In this document: in pieces, positions 41,318-51,717 of the stretch | How the letters are laid out: every line of letters begins with the position of its first letter | Numbering within the stretch: position 1 is the first letter of the stretch | DNA from: the human T2T-CHM13v2.0 reference genome, Homo sapiens | Reading direction: 5' to 3' (one strand) | Length of the DNA: 64,000 nt | Assembly: GCF_009914755.1 (NCBI RefSeq) | Contig: NC_060925.1 | The notes under the pieces: model-generated | Databases searched by the model: none | Seen by the model: the letters and a program-made list of their open reading frames with translations, nothing else | What the model was told of the DNA's origin: nothing | Translations under genes and position numbers: made by a program

Positions 41318-41615
41318 TTTTTTTTTTTTTCCCTCCTGAGACAAGAGTCTCACTCTGCCACCCAGGTTGGAGTGCAGTGGCCAGATCTCAGATCACCACA
41401 ACCTCCACCTCCTGGGTTCAAGTGATTCTCATGCCTCAGCCTCCCCAGTAGCTGGGATTACAGGCATATACCACCATGTCTGGCTAATTTTTGTATTTTT
41501 AGTAGAGATGGCGTTTCACCATGTTGGCCAGGCTAGTCTCAAACTCCGGGACTCAAGTGATTCGCCCACCTCAACCTCCCAAAGTGCTGGGATTACAGGT
41601 GTGAGCCACCGTGCC
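41318..41615 (-). mobile_element. Alu
   Basis: Full-length Alu. Confidence 0.9.
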
Positions 41616-43099
41616 TCGTCACTCCTCACCCTCATTCAAAGATATTTACTCAGCTTGCCCCTGTGCCCTGCCCCACTCCGATATCTACATGCAGAAGTTC
41701 TACTATTTTATTCATTCATTAATCCATTCAGTAATTACTTACTGAGTACTATGTGCCAGGTATTGTTCTAGGCACTAGAGCTTATATTCAAAGGCTGGCT
41801 CAAATCCTACCTTTTCCAAGAAATCTCCCTAGGTTCCCAAAGATTTTCTCCTCCCTTCTTCTTATAGAGGGAACCTATAATATGTATTATAGTCTGCCTT
41901 GAGCTGTGTGAATGTACAGATAGATAATAGAGAGAAACAGATAAGCAAATGGATAGCTTTGACAGATAGATATTTGATACTCCCTCTAGATTATACCTAG
42001 AGTTTTATTTTTACGTCCATTTACATCAGCAGTACTTAGCAAAGTCCTTTACATAATTTCAATAAATAATTGTTGATTTAATTCAATGGCTTTTAACCCA
42101 CAGTGAATTATATCCAAAATCCTTATTCCAGCATTCAACGCACATCACCATCTAACCTCAACTTAGAATTTCTAACTTTATGTCCCAAAGTTCCTCCTTC
42201 ATGAATTGTCTATTCCAGGAAACTTCTCTACATGTTATCCCTTAAAAGTACCATGAATGTCCTATCTCCATTCTTTTTCTCTTGCTCTAACACTCTGCCT
42301 TCAAATGCCCACTTCTTCTCTTTCTATAGGAATTATCAAATCCTTCAAAGCCTCCTGAAGTCTCCCCCTACTACCCAAAAAGCCTGACCTGACTGTGTAC
42401 TCCAAGACGACCTTCCTTCCAAGTCTGAAATTTCATTGCATGAACATATGCTTGTCATTTGCTTTGCACATATTTTTGACCATATTTTCAGAAAAACAAC
42501 CGTATATTACAAAATTTGCATTGGCCAGACCTGATTAACACATGTTGCCCCAGTTGGATGTGCTCTTTCACTCTCAAAAGTGTCACAGTATAGATGATTA
42601 TTTACATGGTCCTATTACTTATTAATGTCTTTCCATTTGTGTGTTTAATCTCTTCAACTAGATTTTAAGTACTTTGTAAGTAAAAGTCTGTTTCATCCTT
42701 TTTATAACCCTTTCAACTTTCAATCAATATTTGAATGAACAAGTAAAATAATGAGGCAATTAATACACCTCATTAAAATAGGATAATACAATACACTAAA
42801 AATACACAGAAAATTCAAAATTGAACAATGCACATGAAAATCCATAAAAGCCAGTATTTAACATACTACCTACTCTCTAGTCTTGTTTTCTTTGGTCTCA
42901 CATCTTTATTCCCGCCCCTACTTCCTGCCAGCATTTAATGTGCCTATCATACTTTGCCTTTGGCATACTGTCCATTCTGTTTCCAGATGGTGACGTCATT
43001 CCTTGTCCTGAGCTACTCTTTGAGCATTATTTCCCATCTTTAGCTTGGCCAAAAATAATCTGAACAAACCAGAAATACAAATAAATGCAAGCCAAATAG

Positions 43100-43410
<311 letters not shown>

Positions 43411-43638
43411 CAAATCTATTCTATTTTTAAAATTATAACATTTAAGATGTTAAACTTCAGTTACTCCCCTATACTACTGGTAAGAGAATTCCATGTTTAC
43501 CAAATATGTAACTGAAATATCGTTCTGTTGATTCCTCATTTTTATTTGTATATTTACCAGAGAGAAAGCTAAAACTCACCCAAATTCAAAAAACCCTAAA
43601 GTAATATACTATGCTATCAATCTTTAAGGGAGACTTAC

Positions 43639-43709
43639 TTTTCAACTTCATCTGGTTTTTCAAAAAACAAATTTTCCAAAGAAAACAGGCAATCATTTGA
43701 TTTCAGCAT
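43639..43709 (-). CDS. HFM1: HFM1 exon 2 coding part (MLKSNDCLFSLENLFFEKPDEVE); the full exon is 43639-43736
   Basis: ATG at 43709-43707, acceptor GTAG| at 43737, donor |GTAAGT at 43638. Confidence 0.93.
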
Positions 43710-44778
43710 TGTTGAAAACTGGACTTTGTCATAAATCTACAAAATATGGAAAAAGTAGTTTATATTTTATTTATAAAGATGTAAAAAAATATTTCTGTAT
43801 AATCACTAATTTTCCACAGTCTCCTGTAAAATATAACCACAGACTATCCTTCCAGCTTCATCGTCTGCAACTTCCTTCAAAGCACCTCAATATTCACATA
43901 CATTATTCTCTGTTTTCCATTCATTCATGGATTCACACTTGCTCCCTTCTCTTCATAGTGCTCCAATGCTTGGAATGTGTTTTCTGCCATTCTCCAACTG
44001 GCAAATTCCTAACCATCCTTCAAGTTATAGGTCAAATGTCATTTCTTCTTCAAAGGCTTTTCTGAATTTGTCTTCTTCCTCAAGGCAGAATTAATCAGTC
44101 TTCTTGGGCTCTTAATACTTTGTTCACACCATTATTTTCAAGTTAGGACAGCACATTTTATTGTGAATGTGTGCACCTCTAACAATATACTATGTACATA
44201 TGCAGGGATTTGCTTCAAAATAAAGGGGAGAGATGAAGGAGTATTGAAATAATATTGACAATGAGTTGATCAAAGCTAAAGCTATGTAATAGGTACATGG
44301 GGTTCATTATAATATTTTTTCATAGGTTTGAACTTTTTCAAAATAAAAAAATTACAAGTTTAACATACATATGCATATTTATTTATATGAGTTAATGCAT
44401 ATACTACACACGTTTACATTCTTTTTTAAAAGATAATTTTTGCACTCAGAGATATTATCTAAACATAAAGGATAAAAACATTCAGCATTGGCCACCTTTG
44501 AACATAACAAAAATCTGGGGCTGAACAAAGATGCAAATGTGATTAAAAAAAAAAAACTAGTCTCTAGATACATACATTGCTCCCATTAGAATTATTTTTC
44601 CCTGCATATCCTATTTTTTTCTAAATTCTTAAACATCATAGAACATTCTATATGACAAACCATAAAATCAGACGAACAAACTGTAAAACATAAATCACAT
44701 TTCTGTTTCTTCTGTTTTAGTTAATACATTGTAAATTTGTCCTCAAGATAGAAACTACAATCAAAGAAATTCTATTAA

Positions 44779-44792
44779 TGCCATCTAGTGGA
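44779..44792 (-). promoter_or_regulatory. Candidate CTCF site (TCCACTAGATGGCA) in HFM1 intron 1
   Basis: Close match to the CTCF core CCAC(C/T)AG(A/G)(G/T)GGC. Confidence 0.5.
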
Positions 44793-46500
44793 GAAATACG
44801 CATTACCAAGTCAGATTATGTCTCTCCAATTTTGAATCCTCCTTGATGTGGGGATGAGATACAAGTGGGAGTGATATGGGGAAGGGAGAATGTTTCCACA
44901 TACAACACTTGACAAATGCTACTGTATGAGAACTAAACCTGTATATATACTTCAGGGCTGTTCTTACTGATATAGAATATTGTGGGGTTTTTCACTGTTT
45001 TCGTTATTGGGTTCTTCCCCCTTCCATCTGTTTAATATAATTGCCCTCTTCATTTTTCTCTATCTATTAATCAGTTACCAACAAAAACAAGTAGTAAAAA
45101 TGAAACAAACTAGTGTGGTTCTATAAATGTCTAAAACAATTTGACTATACGAAAAATAGAAGCCTAGGATAATAGGGCAGGAGGTAGAGGGAGTCATTCA
45201 GAAATATGCGAAGTCTTTAACAGCTTTAAGTAAACAATTTCAGAACTTGAAAACAATTATCTGAAAAAGTATAAATGAAAATGTTAATCATGTTTTTATA
45301 TTGCCCAAAAAGTAACAAATAAAATGTTCCCTTTCTAGTTTTAGGAAAACTATGTTCAAACAAAAGAAACTTTTCCTAAAATAAACCTCACCAGACCAGT
45401 TTCATATGGCTTTGCTACCTCAGAATTTAAGTCAAAAATCTTAAGGCTAACATTTATACACTTGAATACTTTCTTCCTAAAGCAACTACAAATAGACAAC
45501 AAAACTACAAATTTAAAACATTTGGGAAGAAAAGCGTTGCATAAACTGACAAAAACCTCCTATACAAACAGCAAATATTTTCAAAAGAATTTTTGATTTC
45601 TAGTTCTAGCATACAAGAATATAACTTGTTTGGGTTCAGAATAAAAATATCATGTACATATTTTAGTTCTTATATACTCCTGTGAAAAAAACACCCCTTA
45701 TCTAAAACTGCATCCTCTCATTCCGCATTATTTTTCTTCATAGCATGAACTGATAACTAACATTATAGTATATGCTTAGTTGTTTATTATGTTTCTCCCT
45801 TTAGAGCAAGCAGGGACTTTTTGCTCATTAATGTGTTCCAATAACCCAGAATAGTGCCTGGCACACAGTAAATGGTCCATAAGAATGCATTGTGGAATAA
45901 ATGCATTAGCAAGAACCAGTTTATAAAAATAGTGTCAAATAAAAATAATTTTCTGTTAATTTAGAAACTTAAAATTTGAGCCCCAATCTTCAACGTTCAG
46001 TTAAAAAATGTGAAATTTTTTTCTAGTTCAGGATTTATGTAAATAAAATCATGAAGGTTCTAAAAGATGATGAATTTGGCACTTTCATTATGTAAATCTT
46101 TTTTTAAAAAAGAAACACAGGTCCTAAAAGGGACCTTGCTACAGTTCAGTATGAGTTTGTGATGTGAGGGGATGCTATTTTAAATTAATTAAAGTTCTAG
46201 GTTTAGATTCAGATTTTTTAAGTTCCTATTATTTATTATTAAAGTTTTAGTTTCAGCACGTGGCACAAAATTAGATTGCCAAACACAATAAACAATATCA
46301 TCCCAGGTAGTTTTAAGTGTCTGCTCTGCTATAATCACTGTTAAAATACTTAAGCTATTTTTGAGTCTACATAATTTGCGGTGCCGACCTTCTCTAGTTA
46401 TATTAATGACAATCTCTAGTTAAATATTAATACAACTAGATACAATTAATCTTTAGTTATATTAATGACAATTCACCATTTTGTCTTCTGTAATCTTTAC

Positions 46501-46552
46501 TTATTGTATAAAATTATTGTATACAATTATTGTATAAACTTATTGTATAAAA
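46501..46552. repeat. 13-bp tandem repeat x4 (TTATTGTATAMAM)
   Basis: Four consecutive units read directly from the sequence. Confidence 0.85.
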
Positions 46553-47209
46553 TTGCAGGCCTATTACTTCTTACAATTTTTACTCAGAAACATACTCCTT
46601 ATTTTAAAAGTACAGAAACTCAGATAAAAATTATTGATTTGCTAGAAATTTTTGTGAGTTAAGGAAGAAGTAGGGACCAACATTTACGGGAATAACCGAC
46701 CGTCACAAATAACTGCAGAGAATCTGACAAAGAAGGAAAAATCAACGGGAACAAATTACTCCGAGGCTCGGCCTGGGAAAGGACCATACAATTGTCGGAG
46801 CCCCAGATCTCACCCCCTCTCCCCAGGCACCAACAGGGCTGGCTGGAAGGGTCCGGCTGGGGACCGAATCAGCACCTAAAGCAAAATAACAGCTCTGTGG
46901 ATTTCCTAAGGAGAATATCCTAAATCCAAGGCAGAGGCCTTAGGGCCCCGAGAGTGGCACAAGAACGGGGCGCTGGGGCGCGTCACTCCACCCCCAGGGT
47001 CCCGTTTCCTCCCACCGCTGTGAAACCCGCGGCTCAGACAGATGGGTACGTCCCCCCCAGCGCTCGCTCAGGGGGCGCCACACACCGGAACACAAGACAC
47101 AGGAACCGAACACCAATCAGCCGACTTTAGGGGCGGGCCGGACGCCCAGCCGGTCCCACCTCGCGGGGAGCTGGGCCCGCCCTGCGCCCGAGCGCGCCGC
47201 AAGCCTCAC

Positions 47210-47310
47210 CGCTTTCTGACTGGAAATGCGGCTGAGGCGCTGGCGCGGGCCGGCGGCCTGGAGACGCCTGGTGACCAACAACTCGCCGCGCCCGTCCGCT
47301 GCCTGCCCGG
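47210..47310 (-). other. HFM1: HFM1 non-coding exon 1 (5' end approximate)
   Basis: Minus-strand donor CG|GTGAGG (intron starts at 47209) inside the CpG island, upstream of the ATG-containing exon. Confidence 0.75.
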
Positions 47311-47354
47311 CAGACGGCTCTAGAGATCGACCGCTGCCCGGACGGCTCGGCTGG

Positions 47355-47438
47355 GTCCCCACTTCCCCGCGGGCGTCGGGCCCCCGTCCCCACCTTCCCC
47401 GCGGGCGTCCGGGCCCCTCTCCTCACCTCCCTGCGGAC
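47355..47438. repeat. ~31-bp GC-rich tandem repeat (about 2.7 copies) in the promoter
   Basis: GTCCCCAC(C)TTCCCCGCGGGCGTC(C)GGGCCCC occurs twice, followed by a degenerate third unit. Confidence 0.85.
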
Positions 47439-47770
47439 AGCTCCTAGGCCAGTCGAGCGCCGATTTATCAGCCCCTCTGAGGACCGCCAAGCCTGGCTAA
47501 GCCGAGCTCCAAGCAATGGATCGCCCAAGCCCCCAACCTCTCCCTTCCTACCTTTTTTTCTCCGAAAGTTTATAACTGGTTTTGAATATATCTCTTGCAG
47601 TTTACTGTGTCTATTCTCTTTAAATACAGCTCCTAATCCTGGGTTCTAAGGGTCTACTAAATGGTACCCTTTCCCTAAGCTAACCTGCTTCTCTACCCCC
47701 ACAACCACCACTCCACAAACATACCCCAACCTGCCTTTCTCATCAAAGTTAGCCAGGCCTCAGCTCTGGG

Positions 47771-47779
47771 ACTTCCGGT
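47771..47779 (-). promoter_or_regulatory. ETS (GABPA/ELK-type) motif ACCGGAAGT
   Basis: Exact consensus about 470 bp upstream of exon 1; occupancy is unknown. Confidence 0.35.
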
Positions 47780-48579
47780 CTCTTCGTACCTAAAAAGTGT
47801 TTTACCTATATTATTTATAAAATATCACAGTGGCACTCATGAGGTCGGTATTACTGGGGAACTTGATTCAGAAATAAAGTTAAATTTCAGAAATAAATAT
47901 TCTAAAACACAATGATATTTAAATGTGTTTAGCCAACATGAATTTATAAAAACAGGGCAATAATGTGTTCTTAGGCTGTAAACATGAACAAACTATAAAT
48001 TATCCTTTTAAGTTTCTTTAGAATTGTCCTCTGAAGATTTGGCAGGGAATGTTTTGTAGATGATAAAATAGCAACGAATCAATGATGCTTTTCTTACAGA
48101 GACATTTATCTTTCCTTTGGAAACCCCCACCTGTGACATCTAGGGCCAACCTACTGCTGTCTGACTGCCCTATTCCTGTTCTCTTTTTTCTTGCAGTTCT
48201 ACTGTTCATTAGCTATATGACCTTGGAAAAGACCCAACCTTTAAGTCTTAATTCTGCATCCTCAGTGATACTCATAAGCTCTAACTCCTAGATACTGCTG
48301 CAAGGGTTAAATAAAATAATATTTGCAGTAGTCCTACCACACAGTAAATGCTCATGAATATTAATTTCTTTCACCTTCTCTGAAATGTAAAATTATTCCA
48401 GTAATTGGGTGAGCCAGTTATTTGGATACTGATAAAATAACAAGTCTTTGTCTCTTGGAGAAAATAACATTTTGACTGCATAAACTATTCTTAATAGAAA
48501 GGTTGAATTATCATTCCTCTCAAAAATACTGGAGAGGAAAGTTACTTTCCATAGACTGCATAGAGGAAAATAACGAAAC

Positions 48580-48932
48580 AGTGCATTTGTTATAGTGAAC
48601 CCCTCAATGTGTTGAAATTCATACATTGAATTCTAACCCCCGATGTGATGATATTTGAACGTGGGACTTTTGTGAGGTAATTAACTCAAAAGGGTAGAGC
48701 CTTCATGAGTAGGATTGTGCCCTTTTAAGAGGCCAGAGAGTTAGCTCGCTCTTTTCCTACCATGTGAGGATACAGGAGGACGGTATCTGCAAGCCAGGAA
48801 GGAGGCCCTCGCCAAATACCGGATCTGCCTGCACTGTGATCTTGGACTTCTCAGGCACCAAAATTGTGACAAATGTTTGTTGTTTAAGCCACCCAGCCTA
48901 TGGTAATTTGTTATAGCAGCTTGAACTAAGAT
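48580..48932. mobile_element. MLT1A-type LTR
   Basis: MLT1A text (gaaattcatacattgaa..ccatgtgaggataca..ttgttatagcagc..aactaaga). Confidence 0.7.
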
Positions 48933-49801
48933 AGGGTTTGAGTGATAGAATTGTAGAATTCAGCAACAGGCAGGTACAGGGGAGTCTTACTGTCAAAGCA
49001 CACAGTAGCAAATGGCCACCATGTTCATAAACAAAAACATTCATTCATTCACTCACTCATTTATTCAAGAATGCATGTGGAATCTATAGAGCCTTACTTT
49101 CTCTTAAAATAATGTAATAAAAATGTCAAAGCTGCAGTTTTTAAAAGGAAGCCTCAGGACAGTGATAAAGTTACTAAAAATCCCATTTTGGGGGGAGGGA
49201 TTACCATGGTTTTTAGTAATGTTGCCACATTTCTCAAGAAAACATTTTAATCCTAAAGATTTAATTTTACAACCAGTGCAACAATGTCATAAGCAATCCT
49301 CCAAATTGAATAACATAACTAACATTTGAAATATAGTCTTCCCGGTCAACTTCTGGCATGACTGCATAAAGAGCTTTGCTACCTCACTTCTCAGTGAAAC
49401 TGGTGAAAATTCTAGAAAAATGACTCAGACCCTCTGGAAATGATCCTAAGGGCAAACAGCAAAAGAAGAAACATCTTTTCAAGAAAGAGATACAAAAATT
49501 TGGTAAGAAAGGCAAGGCTCTGTGGTATTTTATCCAAGACTCCCAAGTTCCAGCTTAGCAAGACAGGCTCCATTCTAGACAGCTGCAGCCAAGAATACAG
49601 AGCTCTCTCTGCACCCAGCTCCCACTAGAAGGCGCGCTTTCTTTCTTTCATTGTGGTAAAACATGCGTAATATTTATAATTTTAACCATATATAAGTGTA
49701 TAATTCAGGGACATTAAATACACTCATAGTGTTGTATAACCATCACTCTTATCCATACCCAAAACTTTTTCATTATCCCCAACAAGAAATTTGTGCCCAT
49801 T

Positions 49802-49994
49802 CAGGGAGGGGAACTTCACACACTGGGGCCCGTTGGGGGGTGAGGGGCTGGGGGAAGGATAGCATTGGGAGAAATACTTAATGTAAATGACGAGTTGATG
49901 GGTGCAGCAAACCGACATGGCACATGTATATCTATGTAACAAACCTGCACGTTGTGCACATGTACCCCAAAACTTAAAGTATAAGAAAAAAAAA
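49802..49994 (+). mobile_element. Short L1PA 3'UTR insertion inside an antisense old L1M (about 49640-50440)
   Basis: L1PA 3' end with poly(A); 18-bp TSD AAGAAATTT(G/C)TGCCCATT at 49784-49801 and 49995-50012. Confidence 0.9.
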
Positions 49995-50566
49995 AAGAAA
50001 TTTCTGCCCATTAAACAGGAACTCCTTCTTTTCCCCTTTCCCTAATTCCTGGTAACCTCTATTCTACTTTCTATTTCTATGAGTTTACCTATCCTAAGTA
50101 CTTCATATAAGTGGGATCATACAATATTTGTTCTTCTATTTCTGGATTATTCACTTAGCATAATGTTTTCAATGTTCATCCATGTTGTAGCATGGATCAG
50201 AATTTTACTCCTTTTTAAGGCTCAATAATATTCTATTGTATTTATATACCACATTTTGTTTATCCATTTGTAATCCTGGCTAAGGGACATTTGAGTTGTT
50301 TCCACATTTCCACCTTTTGGCTATTGTGAATAATGCTTCTATGAACATTCGTGTGTAAATATCTCCGTTCAAGTCCCTGCTTTCAATTCCTTTGGATATG
50401 TACCTAGGAGTGGAATTGCTGGGACATATGGTAATGCTATTACAGCCAATGCCATGAGTTCTAGCTGATGTATCCAACATAACCAAAATTTTCTTCACTT
50501 TGTAACATCCACATCTTTTACACCCTGATTAGTCAGTAGAAATTGATATTGAAAAATTAGTCTCAG

Positions 50567-50790
50567 GCTGGGCAACACAGCGAGACTTCATCTCTACCAA
50601 AATTTTAAAAACTAACCAGGTGTGGTGGTGTGTGCCTGTAGTCCTAGCTGCTTGGCAGGCTGAGGCAGGAGAATGGCTTGAACCAAGGAATTCCAGGCTG
50701 CAGTGAGCTGTGATCCCACTACTGCACTCCAACCTGGGCAATAGAGCAAGATCCTGTATCTAAAAAAGCAAGAAAGAAAAAAGAAAAATT
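50567..50790 (+). mobile_element. AluJ-like, 5'-truncated
   Basis: Partial left arm, right arm and A-rich tail. Confidence 0.8.
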
Positions 50791-51107
50791 AGTGTTGATG
50801 GCTCTAGAGAAGCAGGAACCAAGAAATGTTGAGGTTTCAAGACTATTTTTCTGCAGATGACAGCCAGAAATGTGTTGTGTTTTTTATTGTCAGATTTGGA
50901 CAAGAAACAGTGAAGAGATCATTTGGGAAGAATCTGAGAATTACAAAATTAATTTCTGAGAAAAAAACAGAAAAAAAGGAAATAAAGGTAGTTTGATATG
51001 ATGGGATTCTCAGGAGGAGAGAAAAGTTTAGGGAGTTAGGGCCAATTCAGTAGATACTTAAATAACAAAAGGAAGACTGAATTAAGCACAAACCAAAAAA
51101 AAAAAAT

Positions 51108-51293
51108 CTTTCTGTTCTTTCTTTCTTTTTCTTTGTTTCTCTTTTCTTTCTTTCTTTCTCTTTTCTCTCTTCCTCCCTTCCTCCCCTTCCTTCCTTCCCT
51201 CCCTCCCTCCCTTCTTTTTTCCCCTTCCTTCCTTTCTTTCCCTCTTTCTTTCTCTTTCTTTTCCTTCTTTCTTTCCTTCCTTCCTTCTTTCCT

Positions 51294-51345
<52 letters not shown>

Positions 51346-51360
51346 TTTCTTTCTTTCTTC
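51108..51360. repeat. Polypyrimidine (TTTC)n/(TTCC)n tract
   Basis: About 250 bp of almost only T/C, contiguous with the tail of the adjacent Alu. Confidence 0.92.
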
Positions 51361-51717
51361 AGGGTCTTGCTCTGTTGCCCAAGCTAGAGGGCAATTATGT
51401 GATGCCTCACTGTAACCTCATGGCTCACCATAACCTCAACCTCCTGGGCTCAAGCAACCCTCCTGCCTTAGCCTCCCAAGTAGCTGGGACCACACATACA
51501 TACCACCACACCACACCCTGCTAATTTTTTAAAAATTATTTTTATTTTTTGTAGAGATGAGGTCTTGCTATGTTACCCAGGCTGGTCTCAAACTCGTTGC
51601 CTCAAGCAATCCGCCCACCTTGACCTCCCAAAGTGCTCAAACAGAAAAACAAGTGGCTTTGAAGAAATATATTAGTACCAGTATAAACATTACTGGTGTG
51701 AGCCACCATGCCTGGCC
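51361..51717 (-). mobile_element. AluJ-like element with a 51-bp foreign insert
   Basis: Alu sequence, with non-Alu DNA at 51638-51688. Confidence 0.8.

Larger units (their letters stand above)
46960..47525. promoter_or_regulatory. CpG island / HFM1 promoter
   Basis: The only CpG-dense, GC-rich unique segment in an AT-rich window; it has GC boxes (e.g. GGGGCGGG at about 47129) and overlaps exon 1. Confidence 0.88.

Noticed and set aside
46391-46556. CRISPR-like repeat array
   Set aside because: The repeats are short, adjacent and AT-rich with no unique spacers or cas genes, and the context is human intron.
47042-47528. Overlapping 73-133 aa ORFs on both strands
   Set aside because: Expected from stop-codon scarcity in a CpG island; low-complexity Arg/Gly/Pro sequence with no recognisable domain.
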